In this document: piece after piece, positions 13,151-24,140 of the stretch
Numbering within the stretch: the first letter of the stretch is position 1
How the letters are laid out: each line of letters begins with the position of its first letter
Source: Felis catus
Lineage: Eukaryota
Assembly: GCF_018350175.1 (NCBI RefSeq)
Contig: NC_058368.1
Location: 174,842,001-174,906,000 of the forward strand
DNA length: 64,000 nt
Direction of reading: 5' to 3'
Position numbers and translations under genes: made by a program
The notes under the pieces: model-generated
The model's database searches: none
What the model saw: the letters and a program-made list of their open reading frames with translations, nothing else
What the model was told of the DNA's origin: nothing

Positions 13151-13376
13151 TTTTTTTTTTTTTTTAATTTTTTTTAACGTTTATTTATTTTTGAGACAGA
13201 GAGAGACAGAGCATGAACAGGGGAGGGTCAGAGAGAGGGAGACACAGAATCTGAAACAGGCTCCAGGCTCTGAGCTGTCAGCACAGAGCCCGACACGGGG
13301 CTTGAACTCACGGACTGCGAGATCATGACCTGAGCCAAAGTCGGCCGCTCAACCGACCGAGCCACCCAGGCGCCCC
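13151..13376 (-). mobile_element. Can-SINE
   Basis: Full body, TSD TGCACCG(T/G)CTTT. Confidence 0.92.
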
Positions 13377-14979
13377 ATGCACCGGCTTTAACAAAAACTA
13401 GAGTTCCCCCAAGCTCAATATGGAAATATCTCAACATCTCCTGGCTGAATAATCATGACGACAGTAGGCAGAAAAATTTGAAATGATCATACTTGGGTTG
13501 TTTAAAAAGCTTATGCCCGATATTCTTATAGAACTACCATGCTGTTTTGATCTTTTCTGTAACCATGTGTAAATATGATTTATGTCATAAAAATCTAGTT
13601 TTAATAAAATAATATCAATGCCTAATCGCAATGAAGCAGATTAAATTAGTACATGTGTATATATATATATATGCATATATACATATATACATGCCATATA
13701 CATTAGAAAGTATACAACTTGCAACAGAGCTAAGTTTGCATTTGAAAAATGATTAGTCTGTGGAAGTTTGTTGTTATTGAGTCTGCATAGAGAATTCCTG
13801 GCTGTTCCCAAACCTACTGAATTAGAATTTTTAGGGATGGGGCCAGGCTTCCATACTAAAAAGAAGTCCCCTATGTGATTCTAATGGCCGCTTCCTGTCT
13901 GCCCCCACCCCTTGCACACACAGAACAAAGGGCATTGGCTTTGGCTCTGCTACTTAGTAGATGCCAGGAAGCTGGGTAATTAACATCTGGAGCCCTCAAT
14001 TTATTTGTCTGTTATATGGGGGGGGGGGGGGAGGGGGGAGGAGAAAATGCATGATAGGTCCAATTCTACTGGTAGAGGATAAAAAGGTCATGGGCATGAC
14101 CAGAAAGAACTTGGGAATCATTCCCACTGGGTTCAAACACCCCCACTTATTGACTGTGATTTTTAGCAAGAGGCCTCATGGTACCTACCTCTTGGAGGTT
14201 TTGCAAAAATCAAGTGACAATCCATGCTAAGTGCCTAGCACATAGCAGATACTCAACAAAAACCAGCAGGTGTCATTGATAAATGTGCCTTCTCCTTCCA
14301 AGGATAGGGATGGGTAGTGAGCAGGGGTCACTGAGAATAGGGCCGCTTTGCCCCTCACTTTCAAAAATCAAACTATAAGTTGTGTGTTCCATTCTCCCCA
14401 GGTATAAAGGAAACAGCCATGCCCTCACGTGGTTCCTGGGTCATCCTGTTCTGTGCCCTGCTTTACTAGCTGAAAAGGAGGAAGGAAGGGAATGGGGGGA
14501 AATTGCAACCTGTGTAGGCAACCAGGCACCTGCTAAGATCCCGTCAGGCTTTCTGATGTTGGAACTCACCAACTGGGGCGGTTATAGAGAAAATCACCTG
14601 GATGTCTGGCCCTCTGTGCTACAGATGAGGGGCTGGAAGACATTTTCCCCAAGATTCACTTTACCCTTGAGATATTCTCCCCAAATGAGGTCACACCATA
14701 ACTTGCAGAAATACTGAAAAAGGATGTGGTTCATCACCAGGCTTCAAACCTTGGTCCCATATGCAAATTAATACAACCCCCCGCCTCCCACCTAAATCCG
14801 GCAATCATCTTGCGATTCATATGCACTGTGCTTGTATTTTTAAAAAGCACGATGTATTGTTTTAAAAACATCAAGTTGCCAACGCCAATATTTTACCTAC
14901 GGTGTAATATCTTGCACTTGGTTTTGGCATTTCTTCTTCTCTTCTTGCTTTAATTACTGGGGGAGCCTCACAAACCGGG

Positions 14980-15870
14980 TGTGGCCAGGCCCCTGGAGAT
15001 GCCCACGGCCCCCCGGACAGCTCCTCCCACCGCCCATAGTCCTGGGAAGGGACCCAGCCAGCCGCCGGAACGGATCACAGGGCGAGCAGAAGGGAGCACG
15101 GGCCTCCGCACCTGACAGGCCCCACACCCTGGGCAGGGCGAGCCCAACAAAAGGCGCCGTGAAATGCAGCGGGAGAAAGGGGCTGCAGCCTCCGTCGGAT
15201 GGGAAACACTGCTGCCAACCAGCCCCGGGGCGCGCCGCCCTTGTCCCCGGAGTGAACTCTCCCTCTCTGCGCCCAGCTAATGGCGGGGCGCGCGGCCGCG
15301 GCCCCTCTTCTCCCTCCCTTTAAAGAGAAGGGCGCGATTGTGTGGATTTCACAGTCTGAGCACAGCTGAAAGGGAGAGAATTAAGTCTCCCTCACGGCTC
15401 TTTTCAAGGAGGCCGAGGCTGCGATTCGCCTTCATTCAGAATATATGAAGCTTTTGTGCGTCGGGCCCGGGCAGCCGCCGCGGCCCCGCTCCCCGGCTGA
15501 CTCTCTTTACAGTGGAAACGTACAGTAATTAACACGGGTTCCGCTCCCGCCCGCGCCCCGAGTTGAAGGGGGCCGCCGCCGCCGCCGCGCGCCTGGGAAC
15601 CGGAGCCGCGGCCCGCGTCTGTCCACCTGAGAACGGCGCGGCGCATTTGTAACCGTGGCCTTGCCGCCCGAGAGCCATCCATTTTGGCTGGGGCTGCCCG
15701 GCTGTCAGGGCGGTGCGCCGCCGCGGCCCCCGCATGTGTTGCTAATAAAAGCCCAGCCCTTCGCTCCACCTAGCAAGCTCTCGGCGGGGGCACTCCCTGG
15801 GCAGGGGCGGGGGGGGGGGGGGGGGGGGGGGGAGACCCTGGGGGCCAGCCGAGGTGACCCTCGGGGAGGC
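14980..15870. promoter_or_regulatory. Orphan CpG island ~20 kb 3' of MSX2
   Basis: Very CpG-rich, (GCC)n run ~15572-15588, embedded TAATTA 15526-15531, no credible ORF. Confidence 0.75.
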
Positions 15871-16274
15871 TTCTCCATGTCTGATTTCGGGGAGTCTGCG
15901 ATTCCTAGGGGGGCAGGAGGGCTGGAGACAAAATACTTAAGCCTTCCTCCATGGGAATTGTCACCATGAGATTAAAATTTAATTTAATTTAATGGTGGTT
16001 TTTTTTTTGTTTTTTTTTTTTGGTCTGAAGGAGATGAAATGTGAAATCCGGCCCAAGTGGCTGAGGCCTGCCAATATTTTGGCTGTGCTTAGTGTTCAAG
16101 CTTCTTTTTTGTCACTCTGCTCAGATGATTCATGCTGGAAAGCATGTTGTATCATTTATCCAGTAATGCAGCCTAATAAAACCCCCCTTCAAATATGTTC
16201 CTTAAAGAGCCAGAAGAATTTGTTCCTGTAGACTCAAACCTATGTTCTTAATAAAGCCTGATTGAAGAAATGGA

Positions 16275-16345
16275 GCGCGCGCTCTCTCTCTCTCTCTCTC
16301 AAAAAATAAATAAAAAAATAATAATAATAGATAAAAAAAAAAAAG
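16275..16345 (+). mobile_element. 5'-truncated Can-SINE (CT tract and A-tail only)
   Basis: gcgcgcgc(tc)n caaaaaataaataaa...A-run. Confidence 0.6.
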
Positions 16346-16501
16346 GTTGGGGGCTGCAGAGGAGCTAATCTGATGCGTACTGATGAAACTCAACACTGCT
16401 CCCTTGTCTCCTTCCTCCCCTCTCTCTCCTGGTGGGGTTTAAATGTGTGGCTTAACACGGAGTTTTGAATGCAAAGTTAATTTTTATTTAAAAGAAGAAC
16501 A

Positions 16502-16705
16502 TTTTTTAATGTTTATTTATTTCTGAGACAGAGGATGAGTGGGGGAGAGGCAGAGAGAGAGAGGGGGGGACACAGAATCCAAAGCAGGCTCCAGGCTCCG
16601 AGCTGTCAGCACAGAGCCCAACGCGGGGCTCGAACTCACAGACCGCGAGGTCATGACCTGAGCCGAAGTCGGACGCTCAACCAACTGAGCCACCCAGGCG
16701 CCCCC
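16502..16705 (-). mobile_element. Can-SINE
   Basis: Full body; flanking CAAAGTTAATT repeat. Confidence 0.9.
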
Positions 16706-17620
16706 AAAGTTAATTGTTAAAAACCATCCTTCTCCCAGTATGAGCACTAGAGTGATGCCAGTGTTCTAATTTGAGTTCTGTAGGAAGGAGAGCGAGGTTT
16801 TATTAGACCGGTAATTACTGAAGTAACTCGGCGCCCGCTCATGGTTCAGTGTCATGGCGAAAACCCCTTGTACCCTGAGCTGCTGAAGTTTCTAGAATGG
16901 TATTCAGTAGGCTCCTTGAGAGGTGGGTCACCTGCTCCGACCAGCAGCAGGCCTCTGAAAGCAGGTACCTCCATCTCTGGGCAAAATTCCCCTTCCTTCC
17001 AGCAAGGCGAACAAGGCGAACAAGCAAGTGAACAAGGTCCCGAGGCGGAAATGGCAGGCCCCTGCTGGACAAGGCTCCCTATTAAGGTAGCAGAGCAGGG
17101 TGCTTAATTAAGCCCCAGGGCTCTCTCTGGGTTCAAATGCTGGTGCTACTCTCTAGTCTGTGTGGCCTTAGACAGGCAGACTCCCCTGCCTGTGTCTCAG
17201 TTTCCTCCTCTATAAAGTGTGGGTGACATACCTCCTGTTCTCGGTGTAATGGCCTTCAAATGATGTGACACGTGTTAGCTTTGGTTCACTATTTTTAATA
17301 ACAGCTGCCATTTATTTAGCACTCACTCGGTGCTTTACCTATGTCACATCATTCCATCGCCAATGGATATTAGCAGCCCCATTTCACTGATGAGGAAAAA
17401 TGAGGCTCAGAGGAACAAAGAGGTGAAGGAATTGGCTGCATGTCACACGGTGACTTTAGGGGCCATGGTGCCATTTCAAGTCGTCCTGGGAGCAGGGCAC
17501 AAGGGAGCAAGCAATCTGGCCAAGAGGGAGATAAGATGGCAAGATTCAGGCTCTCGGCTGGTTGAGACGGAGGTGAGTTTTAACCGTTTTAAAAGGGGTG
17601 CACCTTTAAAAGGGCGCACT

Positions 17621-18058
17621 CTCCTTTCCTCCGCCATCATGGCGTGTGCGGTTGCCGGCTCTTTGCCACGTCTTCTCCCGGCTTTCAGGATCCAGCGATT
17701 CCTGGCCAAGAAACAAAAGCAGAATAATCACCTTCCCCGGTGGATTTGGATGAAAACTGATGATAAAATCAGGTAGAGCTCCAGGAGGAGACACCGAGGA
17801 AGAACCAAGCTCGGTCTACGAGGAATCACAATGGGATGGCTCGCGTGCACATTCATGGTCTACGAAGCTCACTCGAGATGACGCATGTATCCCTGCTGTC
17901 AGGCTCACTTGCCCACACCGTATCGCTCTATAAGCGTCACTACCACCTGAGCAATTGGACAAAAACATGATTTTTCTGTTGGCGGGTTGGTTCAGTAGTC
18001 TGTGAGACGTTTTGTTGGGAAAACAAAACAAAGCACACAAAACAAAACAAAACAAAAA
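17621..18058 (+). pseudogene. RPL39: Processed RPL39 pseudogene
   Basis: Starts with 5'TOP-like CTCCTTTCCTCCGCCATC; intronless [44 protein letters not shown]. Start is ACG (17668-17670), apparent 2-nt deletion after TCTTCT, premature TAG 17774-17776, native stop reads CGA (17819-17821), decayed A-tail (AAAAC)n ~18020-18058. Confidence 0.92.
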
Positions 18059-19334
18059 CCCGTATGTAAATACACACTGGGTGTGAGGGCACAGCACAGC
18101 CGAGTGATGAAGAGGCTCATCTCCGGCATCAGAAAGTCCTGGGTTCAAATCCCGTTTCTACCAGTTACTAACTAGGTCACCTTCAGCGAATTCCTTAATC
18201 TCACGTAAACCACAGACTCTTAAATGGGAATAACAGGAGTCCTTGCCTCGAGGGAGTCTTGTGAAGCAAACCCTTTCCCATAGGCTGGGTGGTTTGAATT
18301 CCACCACTAGAGGTTTGTTGTCTATGACGTCACACTTTTACACGTCAGCGTCATGACCTACTCCCTTAACCCTCCCTCTGAGGGTTCAACATCTAGTTAC
18401 AGGCTGAGAAGGAAGTATTTCTCCTCTAGTCCCACCCCGACACCCCGTCCCCACCTCCTTTTTCTCTAGAGGCCTCTCCCGAACCCTCATGCTGGACCAG
18501 GTCCTGCCATAGCACTGACGTGACACCCTGTGCTTACACTTCCTAACACTTAACACTTCTCTATGTGCCCTACTCCTGTCTCCCAGGTCTGGTTAGGGGG
18601 CCGTGACGTATCAGTCGTGTTCACGCCGACGTAAGCTCTGTGCTAGCCGTGGGCATCTCTGCTATGCTGATTGTGGCCTTGAATTCCGCTGCCCACCCAA
18701 GGGGACAAGCACTCCTTTAGAGAAATGACCGATCCCATGCCTGAGGCCGGAAATATACAAGACGAGCCTGGATCATCTTTTAGCAGAAAGCAAGGAAACT
18801 TTCAAAGGTGAGTGACGCTATATGAAAAAGAAGCCCACTTTAAAAAGCTCACGCTGGCCAAAGAGGGACCATTTGTGCCTCAAAAAAATAACTGGAATAG
18901 ACTAAAAGACACAAAATGTCTTGAGACACAAAAAGCCATGAGTCTGTTGACCTTTGAAGAAGGCTAGATGACTAGCTCCTTCTTCTGAAAGATGACAGCT
19001 AAAGAGAACGGATCAAACATTCTTCCTGCCTTTCCATATCAACTGTACCACGGGCAACCAAACAGCTGATGGAGAGAAGCTTCTTGTTATGCATGTATTA
19101 TGGCTCATAAATGGATAGCAAATGATAGAATCGGGAGGTCACTGCTTCACAACCTCTGAAGCAGTCACGAATCTAGGAATTGGTTGATTATCCCCCAAAA
19201 GAGAAACACAGCCATGGAGTGCCCTGTGATGAAAGAACATAACGTCATCCATAAAATAGTCTTTCCAAAAATTGAACTTAACCCTGATCAAACCTCGAGA
19301 CCTAACTAACAATTTTTCAGAGTTACAAGGGACA

Positions 19335-19509
19335 GGGGCGCCTGGGTGACTCAGTCGGTTGAGGGACCGACTTCGGCTCAGGCCATGATCTCATAGTTCG
19401 TGGGTTCAAGCCCCGCATGGGGCTCTGTGCTGTCAGTGCAGAGCCAGCTTCAGATCCTCTGTCTCCCTCTCTCTGCCCCTCCCCTGCTTGTGCTCACTTG
19501 TGTGCTCTC

Positions 19510-19540
<31 letters not shown>

Positions 19541-19574
19541 TCTCTCAAAGATAAATAAACATTAGGAAAACAAA
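19335..19574 (+). mobile_element. Can-SINE
   Basis: Full body, TSD AGTTACA(A/G)GGGACA. Confidence 0.9.
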
Positions 19575-19789
19575 AGTTACAGGGGACAGAGGAGCCTATT
19601 GTATAACACCACAGGGATGCGGACTGTGAGAAAACATACAGACAAAAGCCCTGGTGTTTTTCAACAAACTTATTGGAAGAAAACAGTAGAGAGGGAGAAG
19701 GACGCTTAGGCATTGAAGGGAATTTTGAGAGACATAGGAAGAGTTTGCAATGTATGAACCCTAGTTCCATATTAATTTCAATAAATTGT

Positions 19790-19970
19790 ATTTTCTTAAA
19801 TGTTTATTTATTTTTGAGAGACAGCGAGAGAGGGAGACAGAGGATCCCAAGCGGACTCTGTGCTCTGCGCTGACAGCGGGGAGCCCAATCAGGGCTCGAA
19901 CCCGCCAACCGTGAGATCATGACCTGAGCCGAGGTCGGACACTTAACCACGCTGAGCCACCCAGGTGCCC
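19790..19970 (-). mobile_element. Can-SINE
   Basis: SINEC body in reverse orientation. Confidence 0.87.
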
Positions 19971-22900
19971 TAGTAAATTGTCATTTTTTTTAAACAGCTA
20001 GGAGACGGATCTAAACACTGCCTGGATATTTAATGATATTAAGAAATTATTGTCACCTTTTAGATGGGATAATAACACTTTGCTTATGTTTTCTTAAATA
20101 ATTTTTTATCTCTAAACGTACATGCTAAAATGCCTACGGGTTAGATGACATAATGTCCGAGATTTGTTTCAAAATAGTCCTGGGAAAGAGGAGAAGTGGG
20201 TGGGGATAGTTTAGATGGCACAAGTTTGGGAATGAGTTAATAACAGGGTGATGGTCAGTGAAGCTCTTTATACTATTTTCTCTCGTTTGGATACCTTTGA
20301 AAATGTCCACAATTAAAAGGGGGAGAAAACATTGCAGGTATCAGCTCCGGTCAGTTCGAAGAGACATTTGGACATCAGCGCCTCTGATGTAAGGGGACGT
20401 CCGCACTCTCCGCACCAGCTGGGGCTGATTTCACATAATGAAAGAATGTGTCCATTTATTTGTTTGTGTTAATTCTATTGTCTGTTTCCTCTGCTAGAAT
20501 GTGAGCTCCCACAGGGCGGGATCTGGGTTTTGTTCACTGGTTATCCCGAGTGCCGTCATCTGTAAATCCTTGTTAACTGAGTGCTCCTCACATGAAAGGC
20601 CAAGACCAATATTTCCATTTCACAGAAGGGAACACTGAGGCAGGCAGAAAGAGCTGACGTTCTTGCCCGGGGTCACATGGCGGGTTAGCGGTGGGGCTGG
20701 GATTCATACTCCGGTGTCTACAAGGCTCCCATTTAATATCTTTTGGTCAGGGCATCTCAATCGGGTGCGGAAAGCTGAAATGAGGTCTACGGGTCCTGGC
20801 GTTTATAAGTACGTGGTAGCTGTCCTTCTCAGGTGTTCTCCGTGAGAAAGACGGGGAATGGGAGAAGCAGGGATCATAGCAACAGCTCCTGTGTCTTAGG
20901 AGTAGATGCGATTTTGAGCACTTTACCACCGCGAGCTCATTTAACGCTTAGAACAACCCAAGAGGTGAGTACTAATCATCGCCCTGGGTGACCAAGGCCC
21001 AGAGAGCACACACGTTCTCAGCCTCACACCTTAGTCCTGACATTAGAGCCTTAAACCCTTCAAAAGGCCACTGGAAAACATAACTTCACTGCACAGGGGG
21101 CTGGTGCTTCTGAAGGCAGCTGGCCCGGAGGCTGGACTCTGAGGACAGACTGATGGAATGCTCACCTGACGGGGACCATTGGATAACAGGTTAACAGGTT
21201 AACATCAGATAACTGCAGGGCTACATCGTTCTCAATTATCTAGCCCTCCTAGGCACAGGGAGTCAGAAACCCCACGGTAAATTCCAACTTGGCCGCAAAA
21301 TCCCTCTAGGGGCCCAGGCAGGTCCCTTCCCCTCTGTGGGTCTCAGTTTCTCCATATTTCACACCAAGAGAGCTGGACTAGGCAGATGTTCCCAAAGGGC
21401 ACTGAGTGGTCTGACATCCTTTCATCCGACACTGAAATTCTGTGATCCCACCAAGGGAGCCGTGGTGTTTCTGGGACATCTCCACATCAAGCAGTTGGAG
21501 GCTCATTTTTAACCCCTCATAGATGTCTCTTACAAATTATCCAGGGTCATGGATTAGTTTCAATACAAAAGCTTAATTTCCTCTGCTTGGCTACTGTTAT
21601 AAGGAATGGTCAAAAGGAGTCAAGGAACAAACACAGTGGGCTGGAGAGAGAATGCCCGGGATGAACTGAAGGACGTCCTCTCCCCGGACCCCTCCGGGTT
21701 TGGAAATCTCTGGGGCCTGTAATTCACTGCTGCATTAGGCAGTGCTGAGATGAATCATAACATTTGGAGCCGTCAAAGAAAGGGAGAAGAAAGGAGACAG
21801 GGGCCGGGGAGAGTGAAGGCTCAGTGTTTTCTCAGTTAAATACATGTTTTCATTGCAGTGTGATGGGCTGAGAGCAATGAATGGCCATGATTTAGTTATC
21901 TTTTGGATGGATGATTTTAAATGCATGTTGGAAAGGCTTTCATGAGACTGACTTTTAAAGCTGAGGCAGAGTGGAAGTCTTTGGGGGCGGGGGGCGGCGG
22001 CGGGGGGGGGGGGCACTGCCTGTCTTTCAGAGGTTGTAAAAGCCCAGGGTCTGTTGATTCCTGGTCCAGGCATTTTGTTTCTATGTTTTCAACTGGCACG
22101 CGTTCACTTCCACCCCAGAATCCTTCAGATCATCGTCAGCCACCTTGTCACAAGGAAAGGGAAAGGCTCGAGATGATGTTGGCGGGGGGGAGGGGGGGTG
22201 CGGAGGAAGGAAGGGAAGGCAGAGGGTATGGTGGTGGTAGAATTCTCTGAATCCATGAGACGTTGCTCTGTGCCCGTTATTCTGGTGGCAACGTGAGGTT
22301 TGGGAGGAGACAACGAGGGAGGACCAGTGCTAGAGAAATGATTAAAAGTACTCTCTGCCCCACCGTTCAGGAGCAAAATGGGTCATTTTGAAAGCGTTGT
22401 TCAGTCACGCCCACCCGCCTCAACACTGAGAGGTTTGGTTTTATTCCCCGTATTATCCAAAATAACCCCAGGGAAGACAGCTAGGTTAGCCCTTTGTCTG
22501 CACCCCAGGCCTCCCCTGCAGTGAAAGCCCACAAGGCCCTGTCACTACCTGCCTGAAAAGCTTTCACTGCTACTCGATGCCCAAAGAAAGGACCAGAATC
22601 CTTACCACGAGGTACAAGGCTCACCTCCAAGCCCTGAGGGTGTTCTCCACACCACGCATCCTGAGTCGCATTTTCTATGCCATCTCACTTTATCCCCACA
22701 ACATCATCCAAGAGAAGTGAAATTGTCCCCCACAAGTCGCATACGAAGAAATCAAGTTCCAGAGAGGTTAAGTGCCCTGCCCAAGGTTAGTGGAGCAAGA
22801 ATCTGAACCCAGGAGTGCTGACCTAGAGTCTGCACCCTTCCCGACCCCCGTCAAAGCCCATTTGCTCCTCCTGAGCACCCGACCGCCTGCACGGTTCCGT

Positions 22901-23269
22901 TAGTCTCCGTGCGCTTCCTCTACCCGGAAAGAGATGTTCGTGCTTCAAGACACGGTTAGAAGTTTGCCTCCTCCGTGAAGCCGCCGCATCAGCCCTGGCA
23001 ACTCGGTTTCCCCTTTCTGCCAACTCCCAGGGCTCTGAAGCCTCCCTGGGGGGGTTGTGCCATGGACCTCTGGGCGGTAATTGTGCAAGTCCCTGGCTCT
23101 TTCCCCACCAAACCGGAAGCTTCTTGAAGACGAGACCCCAGAGGGCTGGCACAGCCTGAAGAGGAGACAGACGTAAATCCCCACATAAACACATACTTCA
23201 AAAGGGGGCTTTGGGGGGTAGGCGGAACAGGTGAAGGGGGCAAGAACTGAAAAGCCAAAGCCCGAACAG

Positions 23270-23752
23270 TTATTTACAGACCCATGTTGATAACAGCATT
23301 ACTCACAGTCACCAAAGGTGAAAGCAACCCAAACGTCCATCAGTGGCTGAATGGACGAACAAATTGTGGTATACACACAACGGTATATCATTCAGACTTA
23401 AAAAGGAAGACCGTGCTGAGACAAGCTACGATATGAATGAATCTTGAAAACATGCTTAGTGAAATAAGCCAGACACCAAAGGACACATCGTGAATGATGC
23501 CGCTTACATGAGGCATGTAGCGTAGGCAAATTCAGAGAGACGGAAAGTAGAATGATGGTTCCGAGGGGCCGGGGGAGGTGGAATGGGGAGTTAGTGTTTA
23601 ACTGGGTACAGAGTCCCAGTTTGGGAAGATGAAACAGTTCTGGAGATGGATGGTGGTGATGGCTGCAAAGCATTGTGAATGTGCCCGATGCTACTCTGAA
23701 ATGTACATTTAATGGTTAGAATAGTAAATTTTATGTTATGAGTGTTTTGCCA
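23270..23752 (+). mobile_element. L1MB-like 3' end
   Basis: gcaacccaaacgtccatcagtggctgaatggac...aaataagccagacaccaaagg...tggagatggatggtggtgatgg...gtaaattttatgttatg. Confidence 0.85.
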
Positions 23753-24140
23753 CGGAATGAAGGAAGGAAGGAAGGAAAGAAGAAAGGAAGGAGGGGGAGG
23801 GAGGAAGGAAGGAGGGAGGGAAGGAGGAAGGGAGGGAAGGAGGAAAGAAGGAAGGAAGGAAGGAAGGAAGGAAGGAAGGAAGGAAAGAAGGAAGGGAGGA
23901 AAGAAGGAGGGAGGGAGGGAGGAAGGAAGGAGGGAGGGAAGGAGGAAGGGAGGAAGGAAGGAAGGAAGGAAGGAAGGAAGGAAGGAAGAAGGAAAGAAGG
24001 AAGGATGGAAGGAAGGAAGGAAGGAAGGAAGGAAGGAAGGAAGGAGGGAGGGAGGGAGGGAGGGAGGGAGGGGGGAAGGAGGAGGAGGGAGGGACCAAGG
24101 ATGGAAGGAACAGAGGAAGAAGTACATGCAAGGAAAAGAA
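23753..24140 (+). repeat. Compound (GGAA)n/(GGGA)n purine repeat
   Basis: ~390 nt almost entirely purine on the plus strand, directly after the L1 3' end. Confidence 0.95.

Larger units (their letters stand above)
18650..20320 (+). mobile_element. Old L1MC/L1MD-like 3' UTR remnant with two SINE insertions
   Basis: gatattaagaaattattg...gagatttgtttcaaaata...tatactattttctc...tttgaaaatgtccacaattaaaa 3' end pattern. Confidence 0.6.

Noticed and set aside
17330..17638. 5' part of the 148-aa ORF ending in RPL39-like sequence
   Set aside because: Starts at GTG in MIR-derived DNA; only the 3' part is pseudogene-derived.
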